From assembly GCA_018302465.1 (NCBI GenBank), contig JAGVZQ010000004.1, positions 1-55,023 of the forward strand: DNA of 55,023 nucleotides, read 5' to 3'. Origin of the DNA: Candidatus Woesearchaeota archaeon. Lineage in GTDB: Archaea; Nanobdellota; Nanobdellia; SCGC-AAA011-G17; GW2011-AR20. The translations under genes and the position numbers were made by a program. A model generated the notes under the pieces. It saw nothing but the letters and a program-made list of their open reading frames with translations. It ran no database searches and was not told the DNA's origin. Shown in pieces: positions 1 through 9,248 of this stretch (position 1 is the stretch's first letter; the number at the start of each line of letters is the position of its first letter).

Positions 1-32
1 TAAGCTATTATGTTACTATCTATAAAGTTCAT
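1..32 (-). CDS. PIN/VapC toxin, 5' fragment (runs off window)
   Basis: ATG at 32 overlaps the antitoxin stop (ATGA); reads MNFIDSNIIA, a typical PIN N-terminal motif. Confidence 0.65.
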   Translation of the reverse strand, partial: MNFIDSNIIA

Positions 33-283
33 CTAAACATACCCTCATTTAAAATATCCATCTGCTCAGCTGTAAGGTTATTTTTAGGTTTCAACTTAGT
101 TGTTTTCTTAAACATTTCTTCTAAATCATTCATGTCAACTTCTCTAGAAGACCTTAAAAACAGCCCTTTATCTTTTTCAATAAATACAACCCTATCTCCC
201 CCCATAAAGCCATATTTTTTTCTAAAGATTTCAGGTATTGTTACCTGTCCCCTTTCAGTTATTTTAGATATTTCAAATTTCAT
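29..283 (-). CDS. AbrB/MazE/SpoVT-family antitoxin
   Basis: SKITERGQVTIP...R...GDRVVF motif; ATG at 283 preferred over the 343 start in the ORF track. Confidence 0.85.
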   Translation of the reverse strand: MKFEISKITERGQVTIPEIFRKKYGFMGGDRVVFIEKDKGLFLRSSREVDMNDLEEMFKKTTKLKPKNNLTAEQMDILNEGMFR

Positions 284-496
284 AGTAAGAATAATAAGAA
301 TTTTCTTATTTATAAAATTTTCTAAAGGATCAAGCTTCCTCAATATTATCTTTAACTCCAGATTAAGTTATTTAATTATCACTACAAGAAACAAAATATC
401 TGAATATTTGTAGCTATAACTTATTTTATGGTAAAATTAGCACAAGAACTGTAAAAAGAAAGAAATAACACAGACCGGGGAAATTTTTATATATAT

Positions 497-715
497 TTAT
501 GCTTCCTCTACTTTAATACAATCAACAGGGCAGACTTCCTCAGCTTCTTTATTATTGCCTATATCTTTAACTATTTTATTCTTAGCTATAGCTTTAATTT
601 CTCCCTTAAACTCTCCACTAGTCTCCTCTTTAACCTCAAAATTTTCAGGACAAGTAGCTTCACAAGCTCCACATCCTATACAAGTAGCTTTATCAACTTC
701 AACTTTATATGGCAT
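497..715 (-). CDS. Small ferredoxin (single 4Fe-4S/3Fe-4S cluster)
   Basis: CIGCGAC...CP and C-terminal CPVDCI. Confidence 0.9.
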   Translation of the reverse strand: MPYKVEVDKATCIGCGACEATCPENFEVKEETSGEFKGEIKAIAKNKIVKDIGNNKEAEEVCPVDCIKVEEA

Positions 716-733
716 CTTAACCTCTTACCAGAA

Positions 734-937
734 CTATTGAACAATCTTTATCTTAGGCTTGCCACTATCTCTTAAATTTCTTAGTTCAAAATCTTTAATA
801 TTATTTTTTTTAGCCCATTCTTTTGCCTTTTCTTCAGACTTGAATGCCCTTGGTTTCGTTCTTTTGGCTCTCCTTATATGCTTTATATGAGTAGCTGTAT
901 ATAATCTCCTTTTAGCCCTGGTATGTATTTTTTTCAT
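734..937 (-). CDS. Small basic hypothetical protein
   Basis: 67-aa K/R-rich ORF with ATG, co-oriented with the ferredoxin. Confidence 0.6.
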   Translation of the reverse strand: MKKIHTRAKRRLYTATHIKHIRRAKRTKPRAFKSEEKAKEWAKKNNIKDFELRNLRDSGKPKIKIVQ

Positions 938-963
938 ACTACTCTACTTATTAGTATGGTTTT

Positions 964-1069
964 TAAAGCTTTTTATAGACTATATGTAAGGGAAAGAATT
1001 AATAATAATTGTTTTCATCAACCATGCGCATTTGAACATTATTAATGGAAGCTTTGTTTTGGAAGCTAA
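964..1069 (-). pseudogene. Displaced 3' end of the 3206..4222 nuclease gene (copy 1)
   Basis: 1021..1069 is identical to 3268..3316; continues as DENNYY*FFPLHIVYKKL* with a 1-nt deletion and an internal stop. Confidence 0.85.
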
Positions 1070-1653
1070 CCGGCAGTTTCAACAATTTTGTTATATATTT
1101 TTTTTGGATATTTTCTAGCATAATTTATTAACTTTTTTTTGTTTATTCTTTTTTTAAATTCTTTTAATAAACCTTTATCTATTTTTTGCTTGAAATAAAT
1201 TAAATCTATAAATGTTTTTTCTATATCTGAAACAGGAATATAAATATTTCCTTCTTTTGTATAATCGATGCCAAAGAAATACCTTGGAGAAATCCTATGT
1301 AGCATTACATTATTTTCATTTACACTTCTAATCCCCTGTCTTATTTTCCCTGTTGTTATAATGATAGGTATTGTTTCCTGTTCCCATAGATTGTGAATAC
1401 TTAATGCTGATTGCAATCCTATATATGATGGCTTAAAACAGAATACTGATATGATAGGATCATCATTTATGGAATAATAGCCTCTTGTTACCCTTTTAAT
1501 CTCTCCCTTGTTTATCATATTATTTATCATTAAATATATATATTTTTCATTTCCGTTTTGTTTTTGTATAAATCTCTTTAAGGAATTTATATCTACTATA
1601 TTATTCTTTTTGAAGAAATTTCTTATATCCTGAATATACTTTACTTTACCCAT
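1066..1653 (-). CDS. AbiEi-like type IV antitoxin / transcriptional regulator
   Basis: N-terminal wHTH (IKRVTRGYY), SYIGLQSALSIH, VSDIEKTFID motifs. Confidence 0.8.
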   Translation of the reverse strand: MGKVKYIQDIRNFFKKNNIVDINSLKRFIQKQNGNEKYIYLMINNMINKGEIKRVTRGYYSINDDPIISVFCFKPSYIGLQSALSIHNLWEQETIPIIITTGKIRQGIRSVNENNVMLHRISPRYFFGIDYTKEGNIYIPVSDIEKTFIDLIYFKQKIDKGLLKEFKKRINKKKLINYARKYPKKIYNKIVETAG

Positions 1654-2282
1654 CTTTCAATATAGTCCAACATATTTTTTGTTGTTGGCGTGACTCCCGT
1701 GATTATTATTGCTTTAAGATTTTGTTCATCTGTTGAGGGTTCAAATTTCTTAATAAAATCTTTTAATTTTTCTTTTATTTTTTTGTTTTCTTTAATATAT
1801 CTTAACAAGAAAAAGAGGTCATATAAATCCCTTATTTTCTTTCTTTCTATGTAAGTATTTATTTTTTCTTCAACTAAATCATCGGGAGATAATGTAAAAA
1901 TATTGATTAGATTTCCTTCTGAAGTTTCATATTCTTTTAGGAAAGGATTTTTTATTGCTTTGAATAAAGCTTCAAATCTCACAATGGATGTATTAAATTT
2001 TAATGTTGAATATAAAGAGTTTTCTTTTATCCTTTTTTTGCTGACTGAAAACCCATTTTTTTCTAAAGTTAAAAATAAGGCGTTTATTTTTTCTGTATCT
2101 TTTTTGATATACATATCTATATCTTCTGAGAACCTATTCCCTTCATAGCACCTCCAAATCGCTGTTCCACCATGAATCACCGCACTTGGAAAAAATTCAT
2201 ATATAGTTTCCACTATTAAATCTTGGGCATAAGCTATATCCTTGTGTATTTTTCTTTTAAGTTTTAATTGTATTGGTAACAT
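1641..2282 (-). CDS. AbiEii-family nucleotidyltransferase toxin
   Basis: HGGTA...RFSEDID, EK, RDLYDL motifs. Confidence 0.9.
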   Translation of the reverse strand: MLPIQLKLKRKIHKDIAYAQDLIVETIYEFFPSAVIHGGTAIWRCYEGNRFSEDIDMYIKKDTEKINALFLTLEKNGFSVSKKRIKENSLYSTLKFNTSIVRFEALFKAIKNPFLKEYETSEGNLINIFTLSPDDLVEEKINTYIERKKIRDLYDLFFLLRYIKENKKIKEKLKDFIKKFEPSTDEQNLKAIIITGVTPTTKNMLDYIERWVK

Positions 2283-2340
2283 ATTGATTAACCTAAATTA
2301 TATATATCTATAAGTTTGGTTTATTTATATACTTTTCTAT

Positions 2341-2386
2341 TCTTTCATCGAACCATATGCATTTGAATAGAGTTAATGGGAGCTTT
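2341..2386 (-). pseudogene. Diverged fragment of the same nuclease 3' end (copy 2)
   Basis: Translates KLPLTLFKCIWFDER versus KLPLIMFKCAWFDEN in 3206..4222. Confidence 0.75.
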
Positions 2387-2684
2387 ATATGCCAGATTCT
2401 ATTTCTTTGTTGAGATCTTCTATAGAGTACTCAGATTTGTAACCGTGTTCAACTAAGTACTGTTCCATCTCCCATATTGTTGTTTCCGCACGATGTGATG
2501 CTTCGGATAATGTTATTTTTCCCTCTTTGTATTTTTGAGCCATCTTATTTTTTATTAAATCCTTATATCCAATAAACACTAATTTCCTGATTATACTGCT
2601 TCTATCAGTTATCTCTTCCTTGCTCAAGCTTTCTATTTTCTTCAGAAAGTCTGTACTCAACCTTATTCCTATTGCTTGATTCAT
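2385..2684 (-). CDS. UPF0175-family antitoxin with RHH N-terminus
   Basis: IGIRLS...DRSSIIR; YKEGKITLSEAS...TIWEM. Confidence 0.85.
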   Translation of the reverse strand: MNQAIGIRLSTDFLKKIESLSKEEITDRSSIIRKLVFIGYKDLIKNKMAQKYKEGKITLSEASHRAETTIWEMEQYLVEHGYKSEYSIEDLNKEIESGI

Positions 2685-3178
2685 TTTTCAACCTCCAGGT
2701 TTATTTGATCCAGCACAACATTGGAAAACCAGCCAATTTTCCTTAGCCCTGAGATGCATTCTTCTACTTTTTTCTTATCTATCAATTTTTTCTTATAAAG
2801 TTTTATTATAATTGCAGGTGTTCCTATTATATTTATTTCCAGTAATAATTTCTTTTTTCTTACATTATCATCATCTGTGGCTATAACCTCCGCCTTTTCC
2901 TGCCAATAAAGTGCTATTGCTTCAGCTTCCCCTCCTTGTATATTGAATTGATTAGCTTTTTTGATAAGGCCTTTATTCTTTATCTTCCTGACACTTATCT
3001 TTTTTTCTTTGATTAAATTTATTATTATAGGAACTTCTGGAAATTTTCTTTCTTTTCCTTTAATAATCTCTTCGTACACTAATTCTGGAATAGCAGCTTC
3101 TTTAAAATAAACACAGCTTTTTTCTAATATTGATAATTTGGCCAAATGGATTAAAACCATGCTATCTTTTATTATCAT
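2681..3178 (-). CDS. PIN-domain protein (DUF3368-like)
   Basis: IIKDSMVLIHL, IPELVYEE, GEAEAIAL, TDD, IGT motifs. Confidence 0.85.
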   Translation of the reverse strand: MIIKDSMVLIHLAKLSILEKSCVYFKEAAIPELVYEEIIKGKERKFPEVPIIINLIKEKKISVRKIKNKGLIKKANQFNIQGGEAEAIALYWQEKAEVIATDDDNVRKKKLLLEINIIGTPAIIIKLYKKKLIDKKKVEECISGLRKIGWFSNVVLDQINLEVEK

Positions 3179-3205
3179 TGTATTATATTGTGCACATTGT
3201 ATTAT

Positions 3206-4222
3206 TTAAGCTTTTCTATTCTTTACTACATGCAGCGGAAAGAATTCAAAATAATTGTTTTCATCAAACCATGCGCATTTGAACATTATTAATGGAAGCT
3301 TTGTTTTGGAAGCTAATGCTAAAGCATAGATTGTTAATTGATGAATTGGATTTTCTTTGTTAGCATTAGGCTTGTAATCTAGGATGTGGATTAAGTTGTT
3401 TCTTATTTGCAGAATATCTATATGTCCTGTTATTGGAGTTTTGAAGTCTTTTGAATTTAAATTAAAACTTCTTGAATTAAAATATAATAAATCATCATGA
3501 GTTAAATATATTGGTATTTCTGCTGCTATTGTTGTTGAATCATTAATTATAAAAAAATCCTGAACTGATTGATGCCTGTCTTTATTTGTTTTTGCCAAAT
3601 TTAATGCTAGTTTTGTTAATCTGTTTGCCAAGTTTTGTTTACTTAAAGGATTAATGGTTAATGTTTTAAAATCTGTCTGTGATGCCCTGTCTGATTTTTC
3701 CTTTATTTCATGATTTGGCTTGAAAATATGATGCGGAAATTCTTTTGTTGAGATTTTTTCTAAATATAATTTTAATCTTTGGAATTTTTCGTTGTTGTTT
3801 GTTAAATAATTTAATTTGAAATTGTGAATTTGATATTTGTAATTTAAGTTGTTGTGGAGGAATTCGCAGCTTGAAATTAGCTCTTCTGGAGAAAATTGCA
3901 CCTTTGCTTCTTTTTTTAACCTGTTGAAAGTTGTAATAGTTTTGAATTCGTTGATCCAGTTGGAGATTGTTTTTTGAGACGGTCTTGGAGTTGTTTTTAA
4001 TAGTTTTTGTATTCTTGTTTGGGAATAACCAAGATTATACAAAGAAAGGGTCTTTAGAATTGTTTGGATAGGGTATGTTTTTTCCTTTAATGGCTGTTTG
4101 GTGAAAATGTTACTGCAGTTTTTGCATTTATATTGTTGAATAATCTGTTGCTGGTTTTTTCTTGTTCCCTTCTTTATTATTGTTCCAGAGTCACATTTAG
4201 GACAAATTATTTTTTCTTGCAT
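3206..4222 (-). CDS. Zn-ribbon/HTH (IS1 InsA-like) fused to a PD-(D/E)XK nuclease
   Basis: CPKC...KKG...QQYKCKNC; HTH (SQKTISNWI); E-IP...GHIDIL...ILDYK...QLTIYA. Confidence 0.8.
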   Translation of the reverse strand: MQEKIICPKCDSGTIIKKGTRKNQQQIIQQYKCKNCSNIFTKQPLKEKTYPIQTILKTLSLYNLGYSQTRIQKLLKTTPRPSQKTISNWINEFKTITTFNRLKKEAKVQFSPEELISSCEFLHNNLNYKYQIHNFKLNYLTNNNEKFQRLKLYLEKISTKEFPHHIFKPNHEIKEKSDRASQTDFKTLTINPLSKQNLANRLTKLALNLAKTNKDRHQSVQDFFIINDSTTIAAEIPIYLTHDDLLYFNSRSFNLNSKDFKTPITGHIDILQIRNNLIHILDYKPNANKENPIHQLTIYALALASKTKLPLIMFKCAWFDENNYFEFFPLHVVKNRKA

Positions 4223-4333
4223 TAACTTATCTTATTTTGAACATATTTTTTAAGAATTTATGTTGATTAATGTGTATTTTAGGTCATGAGAATTACTAGA
4301 ATTTGGCAGGATTTTGGCTGAAAAGGCTTAATT

Positions 4334-4528
4334 TTATGGTTTCCGCTTAATCTCCAGGTAAAATTTTGTAGAAATTTTAGAGTTTCTTGCATTTTTTATT
4401 TGTGAATTAATCAAAATATTCTGTTGTTTACTCCAAACCTTGTCTGGATTTTTTTTAACAAAGTCTGCCCAATAGTCTACAAAATTTATTCTATCTTCTT
4501 TATTGGTTTTACCGGGTTTAAGTCTCAT
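4334..4528 (-). CDS. Small hypothetical protein, partner of the upstream nucleotidyltransferase
   Basis: Overlaps the upstream gene end; RINFVDYWADFVK...WSKQQN. Confidence 0.65.
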   Translation of the reverse strand: MRLKPGKTNKEDRINFVDYWADFVKKNPDKVWSKQQNILINSQIKNARNSKISTKFYLEIKRKP

Positions 4529-5144
4529 TTTCTATTAATTTTTTATACTTTCTTATTTTATCATAACTCAGCTTATCTTTAAATAGTTTCTCTAGATGTC
4601 TTGCATCTTCCATGTCCTTGTCCGATTTCAGGCAATATTTTTTGAAAGCAATTTGTCTTTCCAAAGAAGATATTTTTAAATCTTCTTTCCCAATTATCAC
4701 CTTAATTCTGTCTTTGAAAGATTCTTTTTGTGACTTCTTTAAAGCGAATTTTACTTCCATATTTGGAATTGTTTCTTTGCTTTTTGCAAATCTCACTCCT
4801 AAGTTATTCTTTAGATAATCGTATATTTCTTTTTCATCTTCTGTGTTTAAACACCAAAAATTAGCTTTTTTTAATTCTTTGTATAACTTAATGAAAACTT
4901 CTTTATCTAATTCTTCTATAAAAATATCTATATCTTCTGTTGCTCTCGACCTCCCCAAAAGTATAGATACATATCCGCTAATTATAACATAATCTGAGTG
5001 TTTTTCTAATACTTTGATGAATTTTATCACAAATTTATCTAATTCATTTAATTCCTTATCTAGTTTTATAGTGTTGTTTATAAATTCCATTTCTTCCTTA
5101 TTATCTATTTTTGAGTTATATAAATCTTTAGACATTTTAATCAA
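4518..5144 (-). CDS. Nucleotidyltransferase-fold protein
   Basis: YVIISGY...GRSRATEDIDI and C-terminal K...KD.ED motifs; start uncertain. Confidence 0.75.
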   Translation of the reverse strand: MIKMSKDLYNSKIDNKEEMEFINNTIKLDKELNELDKFVIKFIKVLEKHSDYVIISGYVSILLGRSRATEDIDIFIEELDKEVFIKLYKELKKANFWCLNTEDEKEIYDYLKNNLGVRFAKSKETIPNMEVKFALKKSQKESFKDRIKVIIGKEDLKISSLERQIAFKKYCLKSDKDMEDARHLEKLFKDKLSYDKIRKYKKLIENET

Positions 5145-5406
5145 TATATTGTTGGGAGACTATCTTAAATGATTTTAAATTTCTTAAATTAAAATTATAA
5201 TTTGATAGTTAAGCTTTATAGGTGTTAAAACGTTTGATATATTTTAAAAAAACAAGATTTTAAAAAAATATTGAACAAAATAAGGGATTAAGTAATGAAT
5301 ATTACTGGGAAAAGTCATGGAAATTACTAGTAATTTGGATCATGAATATTACTAAGAATTTTGACTTGTTTGGGCTAGGAAGGCTAAAGAATGGGGTTTG
5401 GGGGGT

Positions 5407-7074
5407 TTAATTACTCCGATTAATAATCAAAAAGCTTCCAGAATTAATTATTATCTTATCCCCTGAACCATCAAGAATTAACTGGCTTATTGTTAAATTG
5501 CTGTTGTTCAAATAAATCTTAGCGCCTACTTTTACAGTTAGATTAGAGTAGCTTGAAACATTATTCAAAAAATGAATATTAGTATTATTTCCTGCAGTAG
5601 CGCATCCATATTTAGACTCTAAATTCCCAGCACAAGCAAAACCACAGCTGTTTGTTCCTGAAGTGCTGTTATAATTTGAATTTAAAGGTTTGTTTGTACA
5701 TGTATTCTGTGTTGCTGAAGTAGATCCAGCAGTGCAGTAATAACCTACTGTGCATGCTCCATTACATGTAGCTGCTGTTTGGCTTGTTGAGCTTCCATAA
5801 TATCCTGCTGAGCATTGCCCGGTGCATGCTGAAGTAGTCAATGTTGTAGTTGAGCCGTAAGTTCCTGCAGGACATGCTGTAGCACTTGAACTTCCTGTTG
5901 GGCAATACTTGCCAGTTCCACAAACATTCTGTGTTGCTGAAGTAGATCCAGCAGTGCAATAATAACCTGCTGTGCATTGTCCATTACATGTTGCTGCTGT
6001 CTGCCCTGTTGATGAACCATAATATCCTGCTGTACATTGCCCATTTCCTGTTGAAGCTGAGTTTGTTGTTGTACTACAATAATATCCTGCTGCACATGCA
6101 TATCTTGAATTATCATTATCAGGACTGTAATATCCTGCACCTGCTACTGAACAAGTTCCTGACTGACAATTATAATAGCCAGCATTTCCTACACAATCTG
6201 ATAATGCATCTGATGTTGTAGCTCCAGCTGTATCTGAATTTGAGGGACAAGCATATCTACTAGGATCATTAGTTGGAGAATAATATCCATCACCAACATT
6301 AGTACAACTATCACTAGATAAATACTGTCCAGCCCCACAAAGGGGATTCATTCCAGACCCGCTGTTATATAAAGAACTCACTTCAGCAGCAGTTAAAGCT
6401 TTATTCCAAACTGCAACTTCATCAACTGTCCCTTGAACCCAGAATGTGTTTGGGGGAGCCCATGTAGCCGAAACATAATTAGTATGGCTCAAATTTGAAA
6501 CTGGAGCAGTTGCTGCCTGTGAGGCAGAAGCTACATTGTTTTTATACACAATCATATTAGTACCATCATAAGTCCAAACTACATGTTGCCATGAACCATA
6601 ATCCACAATGAAGTCTGTAAAAACTTTCCAGTTACTATTAGTATTATAATAACCATAATTATCATTAGCACCCTGATCAGTTATTGCAAAAACATACGAG
6701 AGGCTATTTGCTAAATCACCTCTAAAGAAAAGCCCTTGATAATCGATTGTATCCGTCGGTTTAATCCAAAGGCTAACACTCATTGATCCAGTAATAGCCA
6801 AGCTTGAGGAAGACATTGAAATATAATCACCATCCCCCCCAAAACTATAGCAGCCTCCCCCCAATTGACAGTCTGTGGTTGTGTAGGTAGCCCCACTAGC
6901 TGACCCATGAATACTACCATAATTATCATTTGCATTGCTATCATACGACCAATATGAAAGCAAGTTAGTAGTCAAAGCACCTTCAACAGTTCCAGCAAAA
7001 AACAAAGATAATAAAATAACAAAAGTAAGTAAAATTAACAAATTACTCTTATTAATAAGATTTATTTTAATCAT
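5407..7074 (-). CDS. Secreted/surface LamG-domain protein with Cys-rich (CxAGYYC) repeats
   Basis: Signal peptide; LamG (SVSLWIKP, WQHVVWTYDG, GTVDEVAVWNKALT); tandem CTAGYY/CPAGTY repeats. Confidence 0.85.
   Translation of the reverse strand: MIKINLINKSNLLILLTFVILLSLFFAGTVEGALTTNLLSYWSYDSNANDNYGSIHGSASGATYTTTDCQLGGGCYSFGGDGDYISMSSSSLAITGSMSVSLWIKPTDTIDYQGLFFRGDLANSLSYVFAITDQGANDNYGYYNTNSNWKVFTDFIVDYGSWQHVVWTYDGTNMIVYKNNVASASQAATAPVSNLSHTNYVSATWAPPNTFWVQGTVDEVAVWNKALTAAEVSSLYNSGSGMNPLCGAGQYLSSDSCTNVGDGYYSPTNDPSRYACPSNSDTAGATTSDALSDCVGNAGYYNCQSGTCSVAGAGYYSPDNDNSRYACAAGYYCSTTTNSASTGNGQCTAGYYGSSTGQTAATCNGQCTAGYYCTAGSTSATQNVCGTGKYCPTGSSSATACPAGTYGSTTTLTTSACTGQCSAGYYGSSTSQTAATCNGACTVGYYCTAGSTSATQNTCTNKPLNSNYNSTSGTNSCGFACAGNLESKYGCATAGNNTNIHFLNNVSSYSNLTVKVGAKIYLNNSNLTISQLILDGSGDKIIINSGSFLIINRSN
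5700..6050 (-). repeat. Near-identical intragenic repeat units
   Basis: attctgtgttgctgaagtagatccagcagtgca...ccattacatgt at about 5704 and 5926. Confidence 0.85.
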
Positions 7075-7231
7075 CCTCTTTTTTAAATAAAAATAAATAT
7101 ATTCAGTTCCTTATATAGTTTATTATAATGGGTTTTGTAACTTTCAAAGTTGATAAACATGAAAAGGTATAGGTGAATACTCTTCTCTTTACCCATATAT
7201 GTTTTTTTCATCTTCTCCATTTAACAACACA

Positions 7232-8479
7232 TTATTTTTCCAAAAGCAGCCATTTCCATAATGGGATGAATTTTACTGTTCCTTCTTCAACTTTGATTTC
7301 CTTTTCTTCGTTTTTTGTTATTAAAATGCCTTTTTTAACTTTAAATTTTTTCATGAATTCAGTTATGGATTTTAAATCCTCAAATCTTATTTTTTCCTGA
7401 TATTTGACTTCAATAGGCATATTGTCATGCACAACATCAACTTCATTTCCATTTTTCCAAAAAGAAACAGCTTTAAGATTGTTTATAACAACAGTCTCTG
7501 CCATTTTTCCAAAAAAGTCTTCTTCAATTTTTGGTTTGTATAGGTAAGTTAAGGCATTATCAGTAGGATATGCTCTTTTTCTTTTTCTTAAAGTTGTGCT
7601 GCCTTTTCTATAGTTTCCTAATAAATTTATCAAGAAACTTTCTTTTAAGTAAAAAATATAATTTTTTATTACTCTTCTGTCTTTATTGAATTGCTTGCTT
7701 AATGACAAATAGTCTATATACATTCCAGGGTTTGAAGCAATTAATTCTAAAAGTGTACTTAAAAATTCAGGGTCATCCAATTTAAACATTCTTGGTATGT
7801 CTTTATACACAATTTTATCTACAACTAAAGCTCTTATGTACTCTTTAAATTCCTTATCGCTTTCAAAAGAAAATGTTTCAGGAAACCCTCCTTTTTCTAT
7901 GTATTTTAATAAAAAGGGCTTGATTTTTGTTTCGTACTTAAATTCTTTTACTTTATTTATCTTTAGGTATTCTCTGAAAGTGAATGTGCTTAGATTAAAT
8001 TCAAAAATTCTTCCAGCCAATGTTTCTTTTGTTTTTTTCCTTATAAATAAAGATTCAGAGCCAGATATTATAAATTTAAGTTTTGGGTATAAGTCATAGT
8101 ATTTTTTTATTTCATTTTCCCAATTACCGCATTTTTGTATTTCATCGAGGAAGATGTAAACTTTTTCTTCCCTAAAATCTTTCTTGTGTATCTCTTTATA
8201 AATTTCTATTACTTCCCCTATTTTTATGATGTTTTCATCAAATGAAATGAATAATATATTTTCAGTATTTACTTTTTTATCTATTAAATTTTGAATAAGC
8301 TGGTATATAGTTGTGGTTTTTCCTACTCTTCTTAATCCCGTAATTGCTACTATAAATTTCTTATCTATATATTTTTCTATTTCTTTATAGCTATCTCTTT
8401 TAAATGGTAAGGCTAGTTCTGAATCAACCTTGCCTTTAATCCACCAATGATTGAATTCTTCCAGTTTGACTTTTTCCAT
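7232..8479 (-). CDS. AAA_14 ATPase with DUF4143 (nuclease-like) C-terminus
   Basis: GLRRVGKT Walker A, IFLDEIQ Walker B, ISGS, LAGR, GGFPE, EVD...IEVK. Confidence 0.9.
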   Translation of the reverse strand: MEKVKLEEFNHWWIKGKVDSELALPFKRDSYKEIEKYIDKKFIVAITGLRRVGKTTTIYQLIQNLIDKKVNTENILFISFDENIIKIGEVIEIYKEIHKKDFREEKVYIFLDEIQKCGNWENEIKKYYDLYPKLKFIISGSESLFIRKKTKETLAGRIFEFNLSTFTFREYLKINKVKEFKYETKIKPFLLKYIEKGGFPETFSFESDKEFKEYIRALVVDKIVYKDIPRMFKLDDPEFLSTLLELIASNPGMYIDYLSLSKQFNKDRRVIKNYIFYLKESFLINLLGNYRKGSTTLRKRKRAYPTDNALTYLYKPKIEEDFFGKMAETVVINNLKAVSFWKNGNEVDVVHDNMPIEVKYQEKIRFEDLKSITEFMKKFKVKKGILITKNEEKEIKVEEGTVKFIPLWKWLLLEK

Positions 8480-8492
8480 TTTTATATAAATA

Positions 8493-8542
8493 CATCAGAA
8501 TGTACATATTTATAAACTTTGTGGTCATCAGAATGTACATAT
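8493..8542. promoter_or_regulatory. 17-bp direct repeat flanking a TATA box upstream of the AAA ATPase
   Basis: CATCAGAATGTACATAT at 8493 and 8526, bracketing TTTATAAA. Confidence 0.6.
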
Positions 8543-8551
8543 CTTAATCTC

Positions 8552-8590
8552 ATATAAAGGGAAACTTTTACAAATTATTTCCCTTTATAT
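8552..8590. repeat. 13-bp inverted repeat
   Basis: ATATAAAGGGAAA ... TTTCCCTTTATAT. Confidence 0.7.
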
Positions 8591-8666
8591 AATACCTATT
8601 TTATATGTTTCAAAACGTACATATTTTCAATTAAAATAAATGGTATTTTCAAGATTTATCCACTTT

Positions 8667-9248
8667 CTATAGCTCTTTATACAAGAACAAAGCCCAGCCA
8701 TTTCCCCCATTGCATTTATCTGGACAACCAGCAACCGCCCCTCTTAATTTATCTCCAGTATTCAACCCATTTAAAACAGAGCCATAAGTAGCATCATTCA
8801 GTTTAGTATCAACCTCCTTGCTTCCAAAAGGCAAGTATAATTCAACCGTATCTCCTTCTTTTATCTCATCATAATATGCATTCTCATCTCTTGAATAAGA
8901 AATAACTTTATCTACTTTTATTTTTACATACTCTTTATTATCTTTGTTTACAACATCTAAAACAGTAAATTCTATTTCTCCTGAATCAGAAGCAGAGGGT
9001 ATTAAAACCTGTGTATTCTGATTAGTTACTTGTGTGTCTTGGTTGGTTATTTGCTCATTTCCTACTTCCTTTACCTCATATTGAGAACTATCACTTGAAA
9101 TAGGGTTTTTAATATATTGACAACCTGAAATAAAGAAAACAAGAACTAGGATAACTAAAAAAACATTCCCTTTCCAAATTCCCCCTTTATCTTCCATTTC
9201 ATGTTTTTCTTTCGTGAACGTTTCTTTTTTAAAGAAAGGTTCAGTCAT
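8667..9248 (-). CDS. Putative lipoprotein
   Basis: Hydrophobic stretch ending in lipobox-like ISGC. Confidence 0.65.
   Translation of the reverse strand: MTEPFFKKETFTKEKHEMEDKGGIWKGNVFLVILVLVFFISGCQYIKNPISSDSSQYEVKEVGNEQITNQDTQVTNQNTQVLIPSASDSGEIEFTVLDVVNKDNKEYVKIKVDKVISYSRDENAYYDEIKEGDTVELYLPFGSKEVDTKLNDATYGSVLNGLNTGDKLRGAVAGCPDKCNGGNGWALFLYKEL

Noticed and set aside
964-3316. DGR template/variable repeats
   Set aside because: No reverse transcriptase in the window, and differences are not confined to adenines
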